Positions 24,369 to 38,037 of a DNA stretch of 64,000 nt are shown one piece after another. The notes beneath the pieces were generated by a model, which ran no database searches, was not told the DNA's origin, and saw nothing but the letters and a program-made list of their open reading frames with translations. A program made the position numbers and the translations under genes. This stretch comes from Octopus sinensis (lineage: Eukaryota): contig NC_042998.1 of NCBI RefSeq assembly GCF_006345805.1, positions 102,920,001 to 102,984,000 on the forward strand. The letters are read 5' to 3'. Within the stretch, counting starts at the first letter, position 1. Each line of letters opens with the position of its first letter.

Positions 24369-25666
24369 ATATTTAAAATAGAGTGCACATTTATTTGAAC
24401 ATGTTAATGCATAGTATAACCTGAACAGCATTCGCAGCGGAGTTTTGTGTGAGAGAACAAACATCTTCATATAGATTTGCTGTGTAAAAGCTGCACAAAG
24501 CTCCGAATAACATCAGTGGAGTACCAAATATTGTTTCGGTGCGATTTGCATTTTTAGTGTGGATATGCATTCAGTCATTTCAATCTAGGTAAGAACTTGT
24601 TTTCCTACGGGAAAAATACAAGCAAAACATTTACTAGTGATTACTGATAATCAGCATACACGCGTGGATGTGTAATGACTTCCACATATGATTGTAATAC
24701 AGCAAACACACACGCATACACTCACAGGCACACAAATACACACATGTATCCTCAAAGTTTATTTTCACTTTTTGTCAATGATTTCCATGAATTCGGACAG
24801 ACCATTCTAAACTCCTCGACACATTTTTAAAAGTCACAAAGTGTATACCAAGTCTCTCTGGAAGATAACGGAGAGAAAGCGATAAGTGTATTTTTTCTGG
24901 TAAGTCTTGTAATTCTTATTTCAGTCTGGACAAAACTGTCCAAACCACTACCACGTATTTTTCAGCGGGAAAATAATTATATTATAAATTATACTATTCT
25001 GGTGAAGAAACATGCGGTAAAAGTTAACATTCACTTCTAAACACAATATTAAAGAATTTTTGACTCCTATAAGGGACAGAGAAATAGTACTTATGTCTTC
25101 GTACATTATGAGAGAAGCAGCCATTATTCGTGTTGCAACAACGAAGCCAATTATTCTGAAATCTCTGTCCTTCGTTCCGAGATAACAAGCGTTGAACTGG
25201 CACACGAGCAAAATATTTTCTCAGCTAAAACACACACACCGGCACGCAAACACACACACACACACACACACATATACAAAGATTCACGTACATACGAATA
25301 TACACATACTTACTTTCTTTCTCTTACTCTATATCACACAGAAACATATGTATGTATAGAAGTGTGAGTTTTGGAAGAAAGATAGGAAGGAAAAAAAGGG
25401 AAAACCTCAGGAATGTTGAAGGGCAAGGTGCATGAAAGAGTAACAGGATGTTGCCTGAAGCTTCGCTTCATGAAGAGTGGCAATCACAGTATTGTAATAT
25501 TTCCATTCCCGGTAGATAAATTCCTTTAAATCGAGGTGTGATATTTCATCGGAAAGAAGGAAAGAACGAAAAGCACGTGGGGACATGGGAAAATGAAATA
25601 ATTCCTTTCGTATGTGTGTGTGTGTGTGTGTGACTTCCTGTGTGTAGACGTGTGTTCTTAAATTCG

Positions 25667-25880
25667 TTTACTCTTTTACTTGTTTCAGTCATTTGACTGC
25701 AGTCATGATGGAGTACCGCGTTGAGCGGTTTTAGTAGAACAAATCGATCCCCACGACTTATTTCTTAATCGTAGCACTTATTCTATCTGTCTCTTTCGCC
25801 GAAGAGCTAGATATCGAGGCCGTAAACGTACCAACACTTCTTGTCAGACGGTGATGCAGAATAAACACACAGACACACGC
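25667..25880 (-). mobile_element. SINE family A, 3' half
   Basis: ttactcttttacttgtttcagtcatttgactgc... homologous to 20405. Confidence 0.8.
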
Positions 25881-26329
25881 ACATACACACACACGCGCGC
25901 GCACACACACACAAAAAAAAAATAAACACACCCGGAGTTAACTCATCATTTTTCATTCGATTGTTAAGATGTCGCATTAATCGGAATAATATATATATTA
26001 CTATTATGAAATATTATTATATTGTTATTATTACACAAAGAAAGACATTCGTAGTGGCCCTTTCTCCATAACTTATCAAGCTTCTGGGTTTGTTTACAAA
26101 TATTATATGTAGTACTACAGAGTTAAGTATCGATACATAAAATTTGACTGAAATTTATGGGTGGGTGTTTAGGTTAAATCAGATGCGTGTGAAGCCGTGT
26201 TAGCGTTGATAAGTGGGTTCAATACTAGTCTGAGTCAGCTCATCATTTTTCAGTCGATTGTTTAGATAATGTCGGAGTATATGTATAATTATTATGATGT
26301 TATTATTAGTATTGTATACACACACACAA

Positions 26330-26436
<107 letters not shown>

Positions 26437-26441
26437 TTATA

Positions 26442-27030
26442 TATTGTAAAGTATAGAAGCCATCTTATCATGGCTAACCACATAGGGGAGGGGGTGTAAC
26501 TGTAGCTTTAAAGCCCCAAGAGATCGTCGTCTCTAGCTGGCTTTAGACACCATATCAGTGCCTTTGAAGTATTTGCAAAGGGAGGCCATCCCTTCCTCGC
26601 AAGCCTGAGTGATAGGCTCGGACTAGTTTCGGGATTCTTGTCCCCTGTCAAGGGGCGGTAACCACCAGGTTGCGATGAAAGTGAAGGCCTCCTTGCAAAA
26701 TATATAAGAGTTTTTCTAGTGGCGTCTGCCACTGATTTCGAAAAACTAACAGTAAGCATAATTAAATCTCAAAATGAGATTGAAACAGTAATCGCTCGAA
26801 ACTAGTCCGAGCGTATCACTCAGGCTTGCGAGGAAAGGATGGCCTCCCTTTGCAAATACTTCAAAGGCATGATTTGGTGTCTAAAGCTAGCTTGAGACGA
26901 CGATCTGTTGGGGCTTTAAAGCTACAGTAAGACCCCCTCCCCTATGTGGTTACCCATGATTAGATGTCTTCTATACTTTACATTATCGAGCGATTACTGT
27001 TTCAATCTCATTCTGAGATTTAATTATGCT
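26442..27030. repeat. Complex inverted duplication A-x-B-A'-B' within (TA)n
   Basis: A 26442-26629 versus A' 26797-26986 (~188 bp, about 93%). B 26755-26799 versus B' 26985-27030 (45 bp, 1 mismatch). Confidence 0.9.
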
Positions 27031-27335
27031 ATACGTATATATATATATATATATATTCATAGGTATACATGTGTATGTGTTATTCGTAAATAAAGAATCA
27101 GTTAATTATAATACCATCGTGAAAACAAATAAAAATATAGGTAATGGTACTTATTTTTATGGGTAATTGCTTATATATTGGTACAAAAAATATGAATTAG
27201 AATAATAAGAGATATCCTATGGGGAGAAAACGATAAAGGGTAGAGTCGCATCAAATAAGATTAGATAAACTTACTTGGAAATGGATGCGTGACGTTCATT
27301 TAAATAATGATATAAATAATACATACATATATATA

Positions 27336-27409
<74 letters not shown>

Positions 27410-27494
27410 TATATGTATCATACCCTAATTTCCTTTTACCCCTCTTAACCATTTTCTATCTACCTCTCTCTCCCTCTTCTCTTTTTCTCTCTCT

Positions 27495-28110
27495 CTCTTT
27501 CACGTTGCTCACACGTGACCATCATCTGCCTTTCGTTTCCTCACGTGACCGTCTTTCTTTTTCACAACGATGTAAAAGGACTGGTGTCTTCTATCTCTGT
27601 CTTCTATATTTGTCTTTTCAAAGAAAATTTATCCAACGTTCGCTATTTTACCCTCATCCTGGTCTAACGATCTTCCATTTTTTGTTTTCGTTCGTTTCCT
27701 CGTATGTCTTCACTGTACTGCTTTTGTTCCCATAAAACAGTGAGAAACAAAATCTGTAACAAGTCTTTCTTCCTGATACCTTAGTAGCTTCTAAGCTGAA
27801 GTGAAGACACCTTGTTCTTTCTCTTTCTCCTTACTTTATTGGAGATTTTAGGTAAAATTATACTAACGTGTCCATCTGTTTTAATTTAATTAAATTCTAT
27901 GTCTTTATGCAAATGCTCTGCATTTAAATTGATGTAATGATTGCATTGTTCAATTAAATATAGTTGCTTGAAACGACCGTACTGCATTACCTCTGGATAT
28001 CCTTGTTGCTTATTTTGATTTTGATCACCTTATTTTGAAATTGTATGGATAATACCGTACTAAATTCTGCTGCCTCAACTTAAGTACCATATTCAGCTGA
28101 ATCTAAATTT
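27495..28110 (+). mobile_element. Non-coding interspersed repeat, probably Penelope-type 3'/pLTR region
   Basis: 27970-28110 is homologous to the 1690-2013 element; flanked by microsatellites. Class is inferred. Confidence 0.4.
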
Positions 28111-28218
28111 ATGCATATATATATGATGTGTATATATATATACATATGTGCGTGTGTATGTGTGTGTGTGGTGTATATATATCTATGTATGGATGTACAT
28201 GTCTGCGTATACGTATGT

Positions 28219-28286
<68 letters not shown>

Positions 28287-28461
28287 GATAAAACCACTAT
28301 TATGCAATTTTATTTCTATGTATTGGCTTATGATTTTCACTGTTTTATCTCTAATTTAATATAATATATATATATTTATACTATAAAATAAGATTTAATC
28401 CTTAATTTAATTTTTCCCTGTAAGTTTGGATTTACTCCCTAATATATTATTATTATTATTA

Positions 28462-28492
<31 letters not shown>

Positions 28493-28494
28493 AT

Positions 28495-29453
28495 TGATAA
28501 AACGGTAAGATAACAAAAGAAAGAAGGAGACCTCAATATTATGTAAATAGAGGAAATTTATCTATACAATATGTTACATTACTCGGTAGTCAAGATAAAA
28601 CTCTGAGTTTCAGATGCCGAAGTGGAAATCCACAACACCATCTCTTCGGTTATCTGGCTATTTGAAAACGTTATGAAAAAATACCGTTAAAAATGAAGGG
28701 CTTACATCTGGCCAAAATCTTCCATTGTATGTTATAATCGACACCTTTATCTCTTAAATGGAGCTTGCATGTCCAAGACCATCATATATGAAGCTACCGT
28801 AAACTCTATAACCACTAAAGACACCGTTTCGACGAAGAAATACGTGGGCCTTACAGAGGGTAATTTCAAGGCCAGGTTCAATAACCACACTTTGAGCTTT
28901 AGGCACTGGAACAAAAGAAAAGCGACACAATTATCCAATCATATTTGGTCTTTAAGAGATAAAGGTGTCGATTATAACATACAATGGAAGATTTTGGCCA
29001 GATGTAAGCCCTATACTAACGGCAGCGGAAGGTGCGGTTTATGCGACATGGAGAGATGGCTTATGTGGAAAAGCAGCTTAGACCCTACCACATGTCTAAA
29101 TACAAGGACAGAGCTTTTCGGATCATGCCCACATGTGACTAAATTTCTGTTACGTTTTTGGTCCCCTAAAGAAAACGGATAGAACATGCTTTCTGTGTTA
29201 TGTCCCAAGAAGAATTTATATATTTTTATATACTTTTATGTATTTTTATATAATTTTTATGACGAAAAATGCGAGCGATGTATAAGTACGCAGGCAAAGC
29301 AGAGTTATAACAGAGTAATTTCCCTTCATTTTGAACGGTATTTTTTCATAACGTTTTCAAATAGCCAGATAACCGAAGAGATGGTGTTGTGGATTTCCAC
29401 TTCGGCATCTGAAACTCAGAGTTTTATCTTGACTACCGAGTAATGTAACATAT
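28495..29453 (+). mobile_element. 5'-truncated Penelope-like element (GIY-YIG endonuclease end) with inverted terminal repeat
   Basis: Open GIY-YIG ORF plus 132-bp inverted repeat 28569-28700 / 29322-29453 (1 mismatch); inserted in (TA)n. This architecture is typical of PLEs. Confidence 0.92.
28769..29182 (+). CDS. GIY-YIG endonuclease C-terminal fragment of the Penelope-like element
   Basis: IIYEAT...KKYVGLTEGNFKARFNNH...LSNHIWSL...YNIQWKIL...RCGLCDME...LNTRTELFGSCPH: GIY/YIG, catalytic R and E, CxxC. Uninterrupted but lacks the RT. Confidence 0.85.
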   Translation: MSKTIIYEATVNSITTKDTVSTKKYVGLTEGNFKARFNNHTLSFRHWNKRKATQLSNHIWSLRDKGVDYNIQWKILARCKPYTNGSGRCGLCDMERWLMWKSSLDPTTCLNTRTELFGSCPHVTKFLLRFWSPKENG

Positions 29454-29521
29454 GTATATATATATATATATATAAATATATATATATTATTTATATTATC
29501 ATTTAATTGAACACCACGTAT

Positions 29522-29600
<79 letters not shown>

Positions 29601-29602
<2 letters not shown>

Positions 29603-29750
29603 CGCAGGAGTGGGTTGCTCAACAACCACGTGATTCCGGGTTCAATCCCACTGCGTTGCACCTAAGGCAAGAGTCTTCTACCTTATCCTTGGGCCGACCA
29701 AAGGCTTGTGAGTGGATTTGGTAAACGGAAATTGAAAGTCTGTCGTATAT
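29601..29750 (+). mobile_element. SINE family A, 5' part with internal deletion
   Basis: gacgcaggagtgg..ccgggttcaatcccactgcg...gggccgaccaaaggcttgtgagtggatttggtaaacggaaa. Confidence 0.85.
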
Positions 29751-29860
29751 ACACATATACACGCACACAGGCACGCGCATACACGCGCAAAAACGCACAT
29801 ATAACTCCATACACAACCCCTCATTTACACACACACGCACACACACAAAATACACACCTT

Positions 29861-30310
29861 AAAAAACTGAACCAGTGCAGCGAATGAGCTACCGGGATAG
29901 GCTGAGGAAACTACACCTTCTTCATGGAGTATGGGCATGGGGGCAATGCAATAACCTACAAATGGTAAACTCTAGACAGGCCAGTACCTAATTTTGACGT
30001 TGTGTGTTATACCAATGCCAGCACTATTGTATTATACCAAAGGTACCACCCATTCCATCTAAATTCAAGACCAGGCACTGCAATAGTTTAGGGTTCAAAG
30101 GCCCACAGCTTCAATGCACTACCACAAAAATAAAGAAATCTGCATAAGGCGCAGGAGTGGCTGTGTGGTAAGTAGCGTGCTAACCAATCACATGGTTCCG
30201 GGTTCAGTCCCACCGCGTGGCATCTTGGGCAAGTGTCTTCTGCTTTAGCCCCGGGCCGACCAATGCCTTGTGAGTGGATTTGGTAGACGGAAACTGAAAG
30301 AAGCCTGTCG

Positions 30311-30376
<66 letters not shown>

Positions 30377-30841
30377 TGCGTGTGTTTGCGTGTCTGTGTT
30401 TGTCCCCTTAGCATTGCTTGACAACCGATGCTGGTGTGTTTACGTCCCCGTCAATTAGCGGTTCGGCAAAAGAGACTGATAGAATAAGTACTGGGCTTAC
30501 AAAGAATAAGTCCCGGGGTCTATTTGCTCGACTAAAGGCGGTGCTCCAGCATGGGCACAGTCAAATGACTGAAACACGTAAAAGAGAGTAAAATAGTAAG
30601 TAGATGTCTTTAAAAAAGAACTAGGCATCCTCCTCTCCACGATACAGGATGAAACAACAGCCCGAGGTGCAGACGGGGACAGCAGAATCAAACTCCCTTA
30701 TACACTAGATGGGCTAATAAATGGGAGAAGAACACATACAGGAATGGTGATGTGAAACACCCCAGACTGAGGAAATCAGGAAAAAACTCGTTGGTGCTCC
30801 AGCATGACCGTAGCCGCAGGGCTGAAACGAATAAAAGAATA
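29861..30841 (+). mobile_element. CR1-clade LINE 3' fragment, interrupted by a SINE
   Basis: MSYRDRLRKLHL (cf. SYxERLxxL), NSLGFKGPQ, then after the SINE VDVFKKELGILLSTIQDE...AESNSLIH (cf. VDxFKxxLDxFLxxVPDEP...AxSNSL); 3' end ggtgctccagcatgaccgtagcc..gctgaaacgaataaaagaat. Confidence 0.8.
30148..30592 (+). mobile_element. SINE family A, full length
   Basis: A-box tggctgtgtgg, B-box gggttcagtccc, conserved core, internal (TA)(TG)n, tail ggcggtgctccagcatgg...ctgaaacacgtaaaagagag. Confidence 0.95.
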
Positions 30842-30870
30842 ATATATATATATATATGCATGTTTGTGTT

Positions 30871-30933
<63 letters not shown>

Positions 30934-30950
30934 TGTGTGTGTGTGTGTTG

Positions 30951-31215
30951 AAAGCGCTTATTCTACTGGTTAGGGTGTCGCCCTGAAGACCACGAGATCG
31001 TATTTTAATTCCCAGACTAGGTGGTGTGGTATGTTCTTGAACAAAACATTTCAACTTAGGCTGTTCTGTAGTCATTTAGATAACTGACGTATGGTGCACC
31101 TATTCAGGTAAAGTCGACTTGAAAGAGGGAGTGTGCTAATACACTGCACATACATTCGATAACTACAAACAAATAATTTGTGCAGGATGTTCAGCTAGAA
31201 ATTACAGAACCGTCT
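30951..31215 (+). mobile_element. tRNA-derived SINE family D, degenerate
   Basis: tggttagggtgtcg head; taactgacgt.tggtgcacct...gagggagtgtgctaat...aaataatttgtgcagg matches the reverse complement of 44708-44970. Confidence 0.7.
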
Positions 31216-34200
31216 TTCTCAAAGTACGAGAGACTACCATCATGTATGTGCGTGAGAGGAGCTGTATTTAGGTGCATAGATATATGTGCATGCATGAATG
31301 TGCATATGCCCATGTGTGTGACTTGTTGAAAAAAGCAACGTCCATAGAGTTACAAATGCAACACAAATCCCCGTAAAGATACTTACGTCTACTTTCTTAA
31401 ATATCTACAACTTCTCTGAAAACATATTCAACTTACCAATTGAAGATGCAGGGAAATAATATTTACGTAATATGTTAAGCAGTAATTTGATTTTCACAAG
31501 ATATTAAATATCTGCCGAATATTGTTCGGTAAATTAATAGGAAATGAAAGTAAAGCAGCATATTTCAAACTCTAATGCTAAACGCTGCCAAATTAATTGT
31601 TTAATCAGTTTCCTATTTGAGACATATCCGGGTTGCACTTCTCTCTCTATATATTTTATCGCGTCAGTTATTAGCTTATAAGTTTATATTTAAATGCAAA
31701 TATGCCGCATATTCTCAAAATATAAAGATTTTACATAATATCCATCTCTGGATTATTTGTAATATATAGTAATCAAGTTGATAAGCCTATAAAAGAAAAG
31801 TTAATCAAATCGCCACCTTGAGATTTCCGTTCAAAATGTCAGTGTTTTTAGAAACCTATCAGTTACTGAAAGTTCGGAGGTAACTAAACTGGATATGATT
31901 ACTTGATATTAAATATAAAGTAATTTCATTTTCCAACAAACTGCTGAAAAACTCTAGACAAAATTACTTAAAAGAGGAGATATACTAAGTGAAATATTTT
32001 AGGAAAGCTTTTATCTTGATTGAAAAATTACGTTTTCTTTCTGCTCAGTAGATTCTATTAGGAAGGAATCAAGAATTCATTGAGCTATCGATTGTCATTA
32101 AGAATTGCAACGAATGTTAAAATGTATTTAGTCAAGAGAGTTTGGGAATCATTATACTTGAATCTGGTTAGTTTCTATTTAAATGTATCATTCTGCTGGT
32201 CACCATATACTTTCTTCTTTTATGATACTTAGTATATTTATAATCTCATTTAAGTAACTTGTGAATCAATAATTTAAATGCCATTTAAATTCGTTAATCT
32301 GATGCTAAGTGAATATCAAACTTTTTATAATCGAGGTATAGCAAATATCTTTTGCATAAAAATTAATCACCATATAGCATTTTTGTCACTGAAATCCAGT
32401 TGATCTTTTAAATAAAACTTAGATTGCAACAGAGTGAAAGGTTAACTGTGTATATCTTTGGCACTACTTTGTCTATTTTACTAAGAGACGAATTCTCAAT
32501 AAATTCGTTCTTCTTAATGTGTGTAGTGTTCAAAGAAAGGAAAGTTTACAAAATATACAATGGTTGGTGCCTACATGCATTATTGGTAACAGTATTATAG
32601 AAGATTTATTCAAAAATACTTAGGGCTAGTCAAGTAAATATAGATACATCGTATGAAAAATGTGAAGGAGCAATAATTACAACGTAAGTGCTGTATAATA
32701 ATAGAATTTCAGGGTTAAGCGTTTTATCATAATAGACCTGATGTATATATATATTTTTTCAATAATGGTTCGTGCCTAGAAAATTTATGGTTTTTTTAGT
32801 TTCAGTATAAAATATAGTGATAAGTATACCACAACTTCCCGTAGATCACTATTTTGAATTGCATAGTATCCAGTATTACCCCTGAAATAATCTTTAGCTG
32901 AGCTTTGTAGAGAGTTAGAAGTCGAATGAGTTTGAAATATTTTGCGACCACAAAGCACAAAGCCAATTTTTCTGAAGCAGTTATTACTATATCGTGGTGC
33001 TAAGTTTGCAAATGAATAAAACTTGTGTATGGAAGATTAGGGAGGAGAAGGCATTGGTGGATATGGCATTTAGTAGGTGTTACTGTTGAAGAGAGTAAGG
33101 GGAGAGGAAACAACCCGAACTCTATTACAAAATAGAATTGATAGAATGGATCTCAGAATCTTGAATGCTCCAGCCGAAAATAATATGATTTCCTGATATG
33201 AAGAGAGAAAATACGTAAGTACTCTATAGGCTGAAAATTTTTCACAGAAGATACACATGTAAAGTATAATCATGTACCATTAAGCAAAAGTTTTCTCAAT
33301 CAAGACGCACTGAGAACTAAACAGAAACTACAATTTCAAAACCCAAAATAACACATCGTAGAACCCGATGGACATTTGTATTATGGACATATATTTACAA
33401 GGTATTTTCTTGTGGTTATATAACTTCTTGTAGCTATTCAGAACTATGTTATTTTCTCAAAGTATCTTAATATGTCCTTAACCTAAAGGTCATGCCAATA
33501 TTTATAGATTTGCATGTAAGAAGTCGATTATTTAATATATTCTCCTTCGAGTTGCTTTAAGTGCTTTCAATTTGCTCTTTCTGAAAATAATGTTTTTGGA
33601 TATGCACTTGCAAGAATGAGCTTTTTTACAGCAATTTTGTATATAGAATTCTATATTTTTACTTTTAGACAAATTTGAAAGTAAAACTTGTTATTATGGA
33701 GTAGATGTACATTGTTTACTGAAACGAAATCAATTATATTATACCATCTTCAGACATTATTTAGGTATGTGAAATAGTAGTTGTTTCCTGAGCAGGAAAT
33801 ATCGAGAATATTATTAATGAAATTAACCATGCCAGGTAAGCTAGACATCTGATTTGTTAAGTGATATCTTTGTGCCTAAGTAGGTAACAAATACCGTTGG
33901 ATTATATTATAACACTTGATCGCTAATATTATATACATTAGATTTTGAATACTAATATAATGTTATAGATATGAATGATACATTCCAAACTGAAAGACTC
34001 ATAATGAAATTACATGTATATGTTTGCATGCACATAATTATAGGTAGATGTGACTGTGCACACATGTGTGTGTGAGTGTGTGTGTGTAAGTTTGTGTGTA
34101 CATTTAAGTGAGTGTGGATTTGAATGCCGGAACATCTGATCCTATCAAGAAAACCTTTGTTTTGGTCTATGATTCCAACCTACTCAGAATATATATTCAT

Positions 34201-34406
34201 GCGTGTGTGTGTATATATATGTATATATATATACGCACGCACGCACACACACAAGCACGCATGCACACGCACACACACGCATATACATATACAAGGACAG
34301 TGTAGGCGTTCCATTTCTAATTTTGTATTGGTTAAGCTTATGCTTCAGTTCTAACCATTAGTGTTGCAGGGCAGATTATCTAGTCACTGTACAGAAGAAT
34401 TATGAA

Positions 34407-34712
34407 GAGGCGTGACTTAGTCGTTAGGGTACGCGGTACACAGTCGTAAGCCGCCTGTTCGATTCCTGGCGGCGTGTTTGAGTCCTTCAGTAAAACACTT
34501 TATTTCACGTTGATCCTATCCAGTCAGCTGGCAAAAATGAGTAATATCTGTATTTCAAAGGGCCAACCATGTCACGCTCTCTGCCACGCTGATTCTCCAT
34601 GAGGATAAGCATGTCTGTTGAATGCTCAACCACTTGCACATTCATTTCACTAGCAGGCGGTTCTGTTGATAGGATCCACTGGAACCCTCATCATCGTAAG
34701 CGCCGGAGCGTC
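34407..34712 (+). mobile_element. tRNA-derived SINE family C
   Basis: Head ggcgtgacttagtcgttaggg...gttcgattcc; aacactttatttcacgttg...cagctggcaaaaatgagt; homologous to 45431-45740. Confidence 0.85.
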
Positions 34713-35116
34713 AGTTAGTGGAGCGTTAGATAATGCGATATTAGTGACAGATTCATTAGTAAATGCAGGTTCAAGCGGCAGTAGTTCACATTAATTTTCT
34801 GAGTCAATAATCAATGTTCTAGATATACGTGCTGCATCAATACTCTAGTTCGTCCTTATCTTCAAAATGAAATGTTAAATGTGAACATTCTTTTCAGATT
34901 AGAAGTATTTGTGCATATCATTTCAGTAACAAAAACAGTGAAAAAGAAAATATAAACACATTAAACTACTCAGTTACGTTGATATAGAAATATAGAGATT
35001 TTATTTTACTTTTTTCATACAATACTCCCACTAACCCGCGAGCATACAAGCATGCATTTATGTACACATATGTGGTGTTCGTAGATATGTGTGTATATAT
35101 GTGTAGTATAGTATAG

Positions 35117-35122
<6 letters not shown>

Positions 35123-35152
<30 letters not shown>

Positions 35153-35202
35153 TGTATGTATGTATGTATGTATGTATGTATGTATGTATGCATGTATGTA
35201 TG
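35123..35202. repeat. (TATG)n microsatellite
   Basis: Direct reading. Confidence 0.95.
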
Positions 35203-35340
35203 CATATATAGAGTTAGATAGATAGATAGATAGACAAGTACTGTAGTTTTTGCCTCCTCCCGTTCTGTCTTTGCTTCTTATTCTGTCTCTGTTTATCTCT
35301 CTCTGCCTGCTTCTCATTCTGTATGTCTCTCTTTCTGCAT

Positions 35341-35376
35341 CTCTCTCTCTGTCTGTCCCTCTCTCTCTCTCTCCCC

Positions 35377-35430
<54 letters not shown>

Positions 35431-35431
35431 C

Positions 35432-35515
<84 letters not shown>
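35341..35515. repeat. (CT)n microsatellite
   Basis: Direct reading; source of the ERER/LSLS ORFs. Confidence 0.95.
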
Positions 35516-35520
<5 letters not shown>

Positions 35521-38037
35521 TTGTAAGTGCTCTGTTGAGTTTAGGATGTGTTTCACCAGTCCATTTCCTTACCACTTACACTCTGCCATTGACGTTCTGG
35601 TTATGTATGCCATTTAATGCTGATTTGATCCAAATTATATTCAGAAATATGCTCGAATGGCCTTAAGGAATTTAAAGAGAAGCAGCTCAGATAATGACGT
35701 GTTGTATTTTGTTCACGTGATTGCGTCATTGATCAATATATTATTAGCCACCTATAACGATATAATATATGATGGTAGCCATTGTTCCTAAGCTCTGACT
35801 TTACAGGATCGTCATGAAAACCTTTCTAACCATTTCCATCTGATTGTCAGGCTGCTATTTTAACATATACTTAATCTCAGCATATATGTTACCTAATAGT
35901 CATATGACTTCAAAAAATGATTTTGACACTGTATCTAACAGGTCCAGCGAAAACATATTTGCCACTATTTTAAGTCGAGGATTTTGTTGATGTTGCTTGA
36001 TTCCAAATAATCTTTTAGTGAGCAGATCTATAGTGATAATGTTCTCGTAGATTCAAATATATTTGCATTAGAAGTGTATTATTTAATATATGGTTTGAGG
36101 CAACGAGATTTGGCTGATGTCTACTTTTAGCAGGTAGAACAAACCGTAAAGGCTTTGTAGTTGGCTCGAGCGGCAAACAGCTGGTTATATTCTATTAGTA
36201 AAGAAAAAATTTCATTTTCTTTTTCCTTTTATTGCTGTTTTGAGAGAAATGATTCCCATAAAGCCTTGAATCAAACAGGAAATCACACCGGTGGTCAAAT
36301 GTGTTTGATTCAGATAAGTAATTTCCTCAGTGATGCCATAAGTCTATCGCATTCAGGATTTATCAAGTGCGTTAAATTAAGAAATAAATTTAAACGTAAG
36401 AATAACGAGCCACGAAATTCATGATGTCATTTCCTGTAGAGGCGCAGGCTGTACTATTTAGTGGAGAAATCAAACAATTAAATTCAGTCCAATGATAGCT
36501 GATTTTATATTTGTCGGCTTTGGATGAATTAAAAAAAAAAAGACGTTCCAACTGGGAACTGAACGCACAACTTCAAGGTAAGTAAATAAACAACACACAA
36601 AATCATGTCTAGCGCGTTAACGATTTTGCCAGATATCTCTCAATATGTATAATGTATAAAAAGAAAATAGAATAATATTATTTCGCTAAAGTATATGTAT
36701 TTTGATAAGGTTATTTCCACAGAAATTCTAGAAAACGTATAGCCAGCAATGAGTTTTACTACAACGTTTCGTATTGGAGACAAAAATAGGTAATGAGTGT
36801 GTGTGTGTCATATTTCGTGAGTTTTTTTCCCCTTCATCAGTACTCATCTAATCCATACTTGCCTCCGAACACATGGTTACATAACAAAATACCACGTGCC
36901 TAGAAGTCATTAGCATGTATGTATGTATGTGTGTATGTATGTATGTATATATGTATGCTCGTATTTACGTATGTACGTATGTATTTATGTATGAATGTAC
37001 GTATATATGTATGTATGTGTGTTTGTTTGTATGTGTATGTGTGTGTCTGTCTGTATGAGAGAAGTTGCAAACTCATCTATAATACACAGGTTGTTCCTAT
37101 TTATTGCAACACTTATTTGTATGTAGAATATTGTACTAGTATCCCATTAAATAGCTAATTTCGCTTGATATATATCAACAATGATACATTCTTAGAAGAT
37201 AATACGAGAAAATCTATTTCGTTTTTCTTTCTGAAATAATTTTTTTTTTACTTTCAATCAAATGAAAATTGAGCGTTTTCATACTGATATCCACCAATCA
37301 TCGTCATCTTTTCCTCACAATGGCAACTGTTTCGAAATTCTTTAACGATTATTTACTTTTTTCTCAGAGTTTTTAATTTTTACCTCGGAGCTTCCCTCGA
37401 TAATTTATCGTATTTTAAATCGACTCTGATAACAAATAGTTTAAAATTATATACATATATAAAAAAAAAATGGCTATTGATTTATGTACTAAAAAGTAGA
37501 TGAATGAAATGATCTAGCTGTAATTTGAAAATTATCGACATATATAAAATACGTCCTGCCTACAAACCAACAAGCCTCTATGTAGCCGCACGATCTGCTA
37601 AAAACAGCAGCTAAATTGCTTTCCATCACAATCTACTCTCTTTATAAAGAAATGTTACTTTGAATAGAGTCGTAGATGTAGTAAAATATCATTTGTTAGT
37701 AACTGTTGTAAAGCTTTTGATCGTAAGGTTACTAAATCAGAATTGGTGCCATTTTACGCAACAGTATATGTCCTTCTGAGCTGAAATGAATGTAACAAAG
37801 AGGGTAGAGAAAAACATACAATTTTCCGTTCTGTAGTGAATTTCTTGTGTTTAATAGTAATTTGAATGATTCTGTGATATTGTGAACGAATGTTCATCCG
37901 TGTTCAATGCGTGCGTGTTTTAATTTGTGTCTGTTTTCGTTTTGTGTGTTTGTGTGTGTGTCTGTGTGTGTGTCTGTTTATGTGTATGTGTAGGTTTATG
38001 TGTGCGAAAGAAAGTGAGAGCATGTATGCATGTATGT

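Noticed and set aside
31382-31520. Two strong minus-strand donors (gtaagt) with nearby acceptors
   Set aside because: All reading frames contain stops and the implied intron is too short.
33077-33214. Exon-like segment with in-frame TGA (VLLLKRVRGEETT...NNMIS*YEERKY) as a possible selenoprotein exon
   Set aside because: Weak acceptor, no Cys/Sec redox motif context, no SECIS identified; a chance stop is the simpler explanation.
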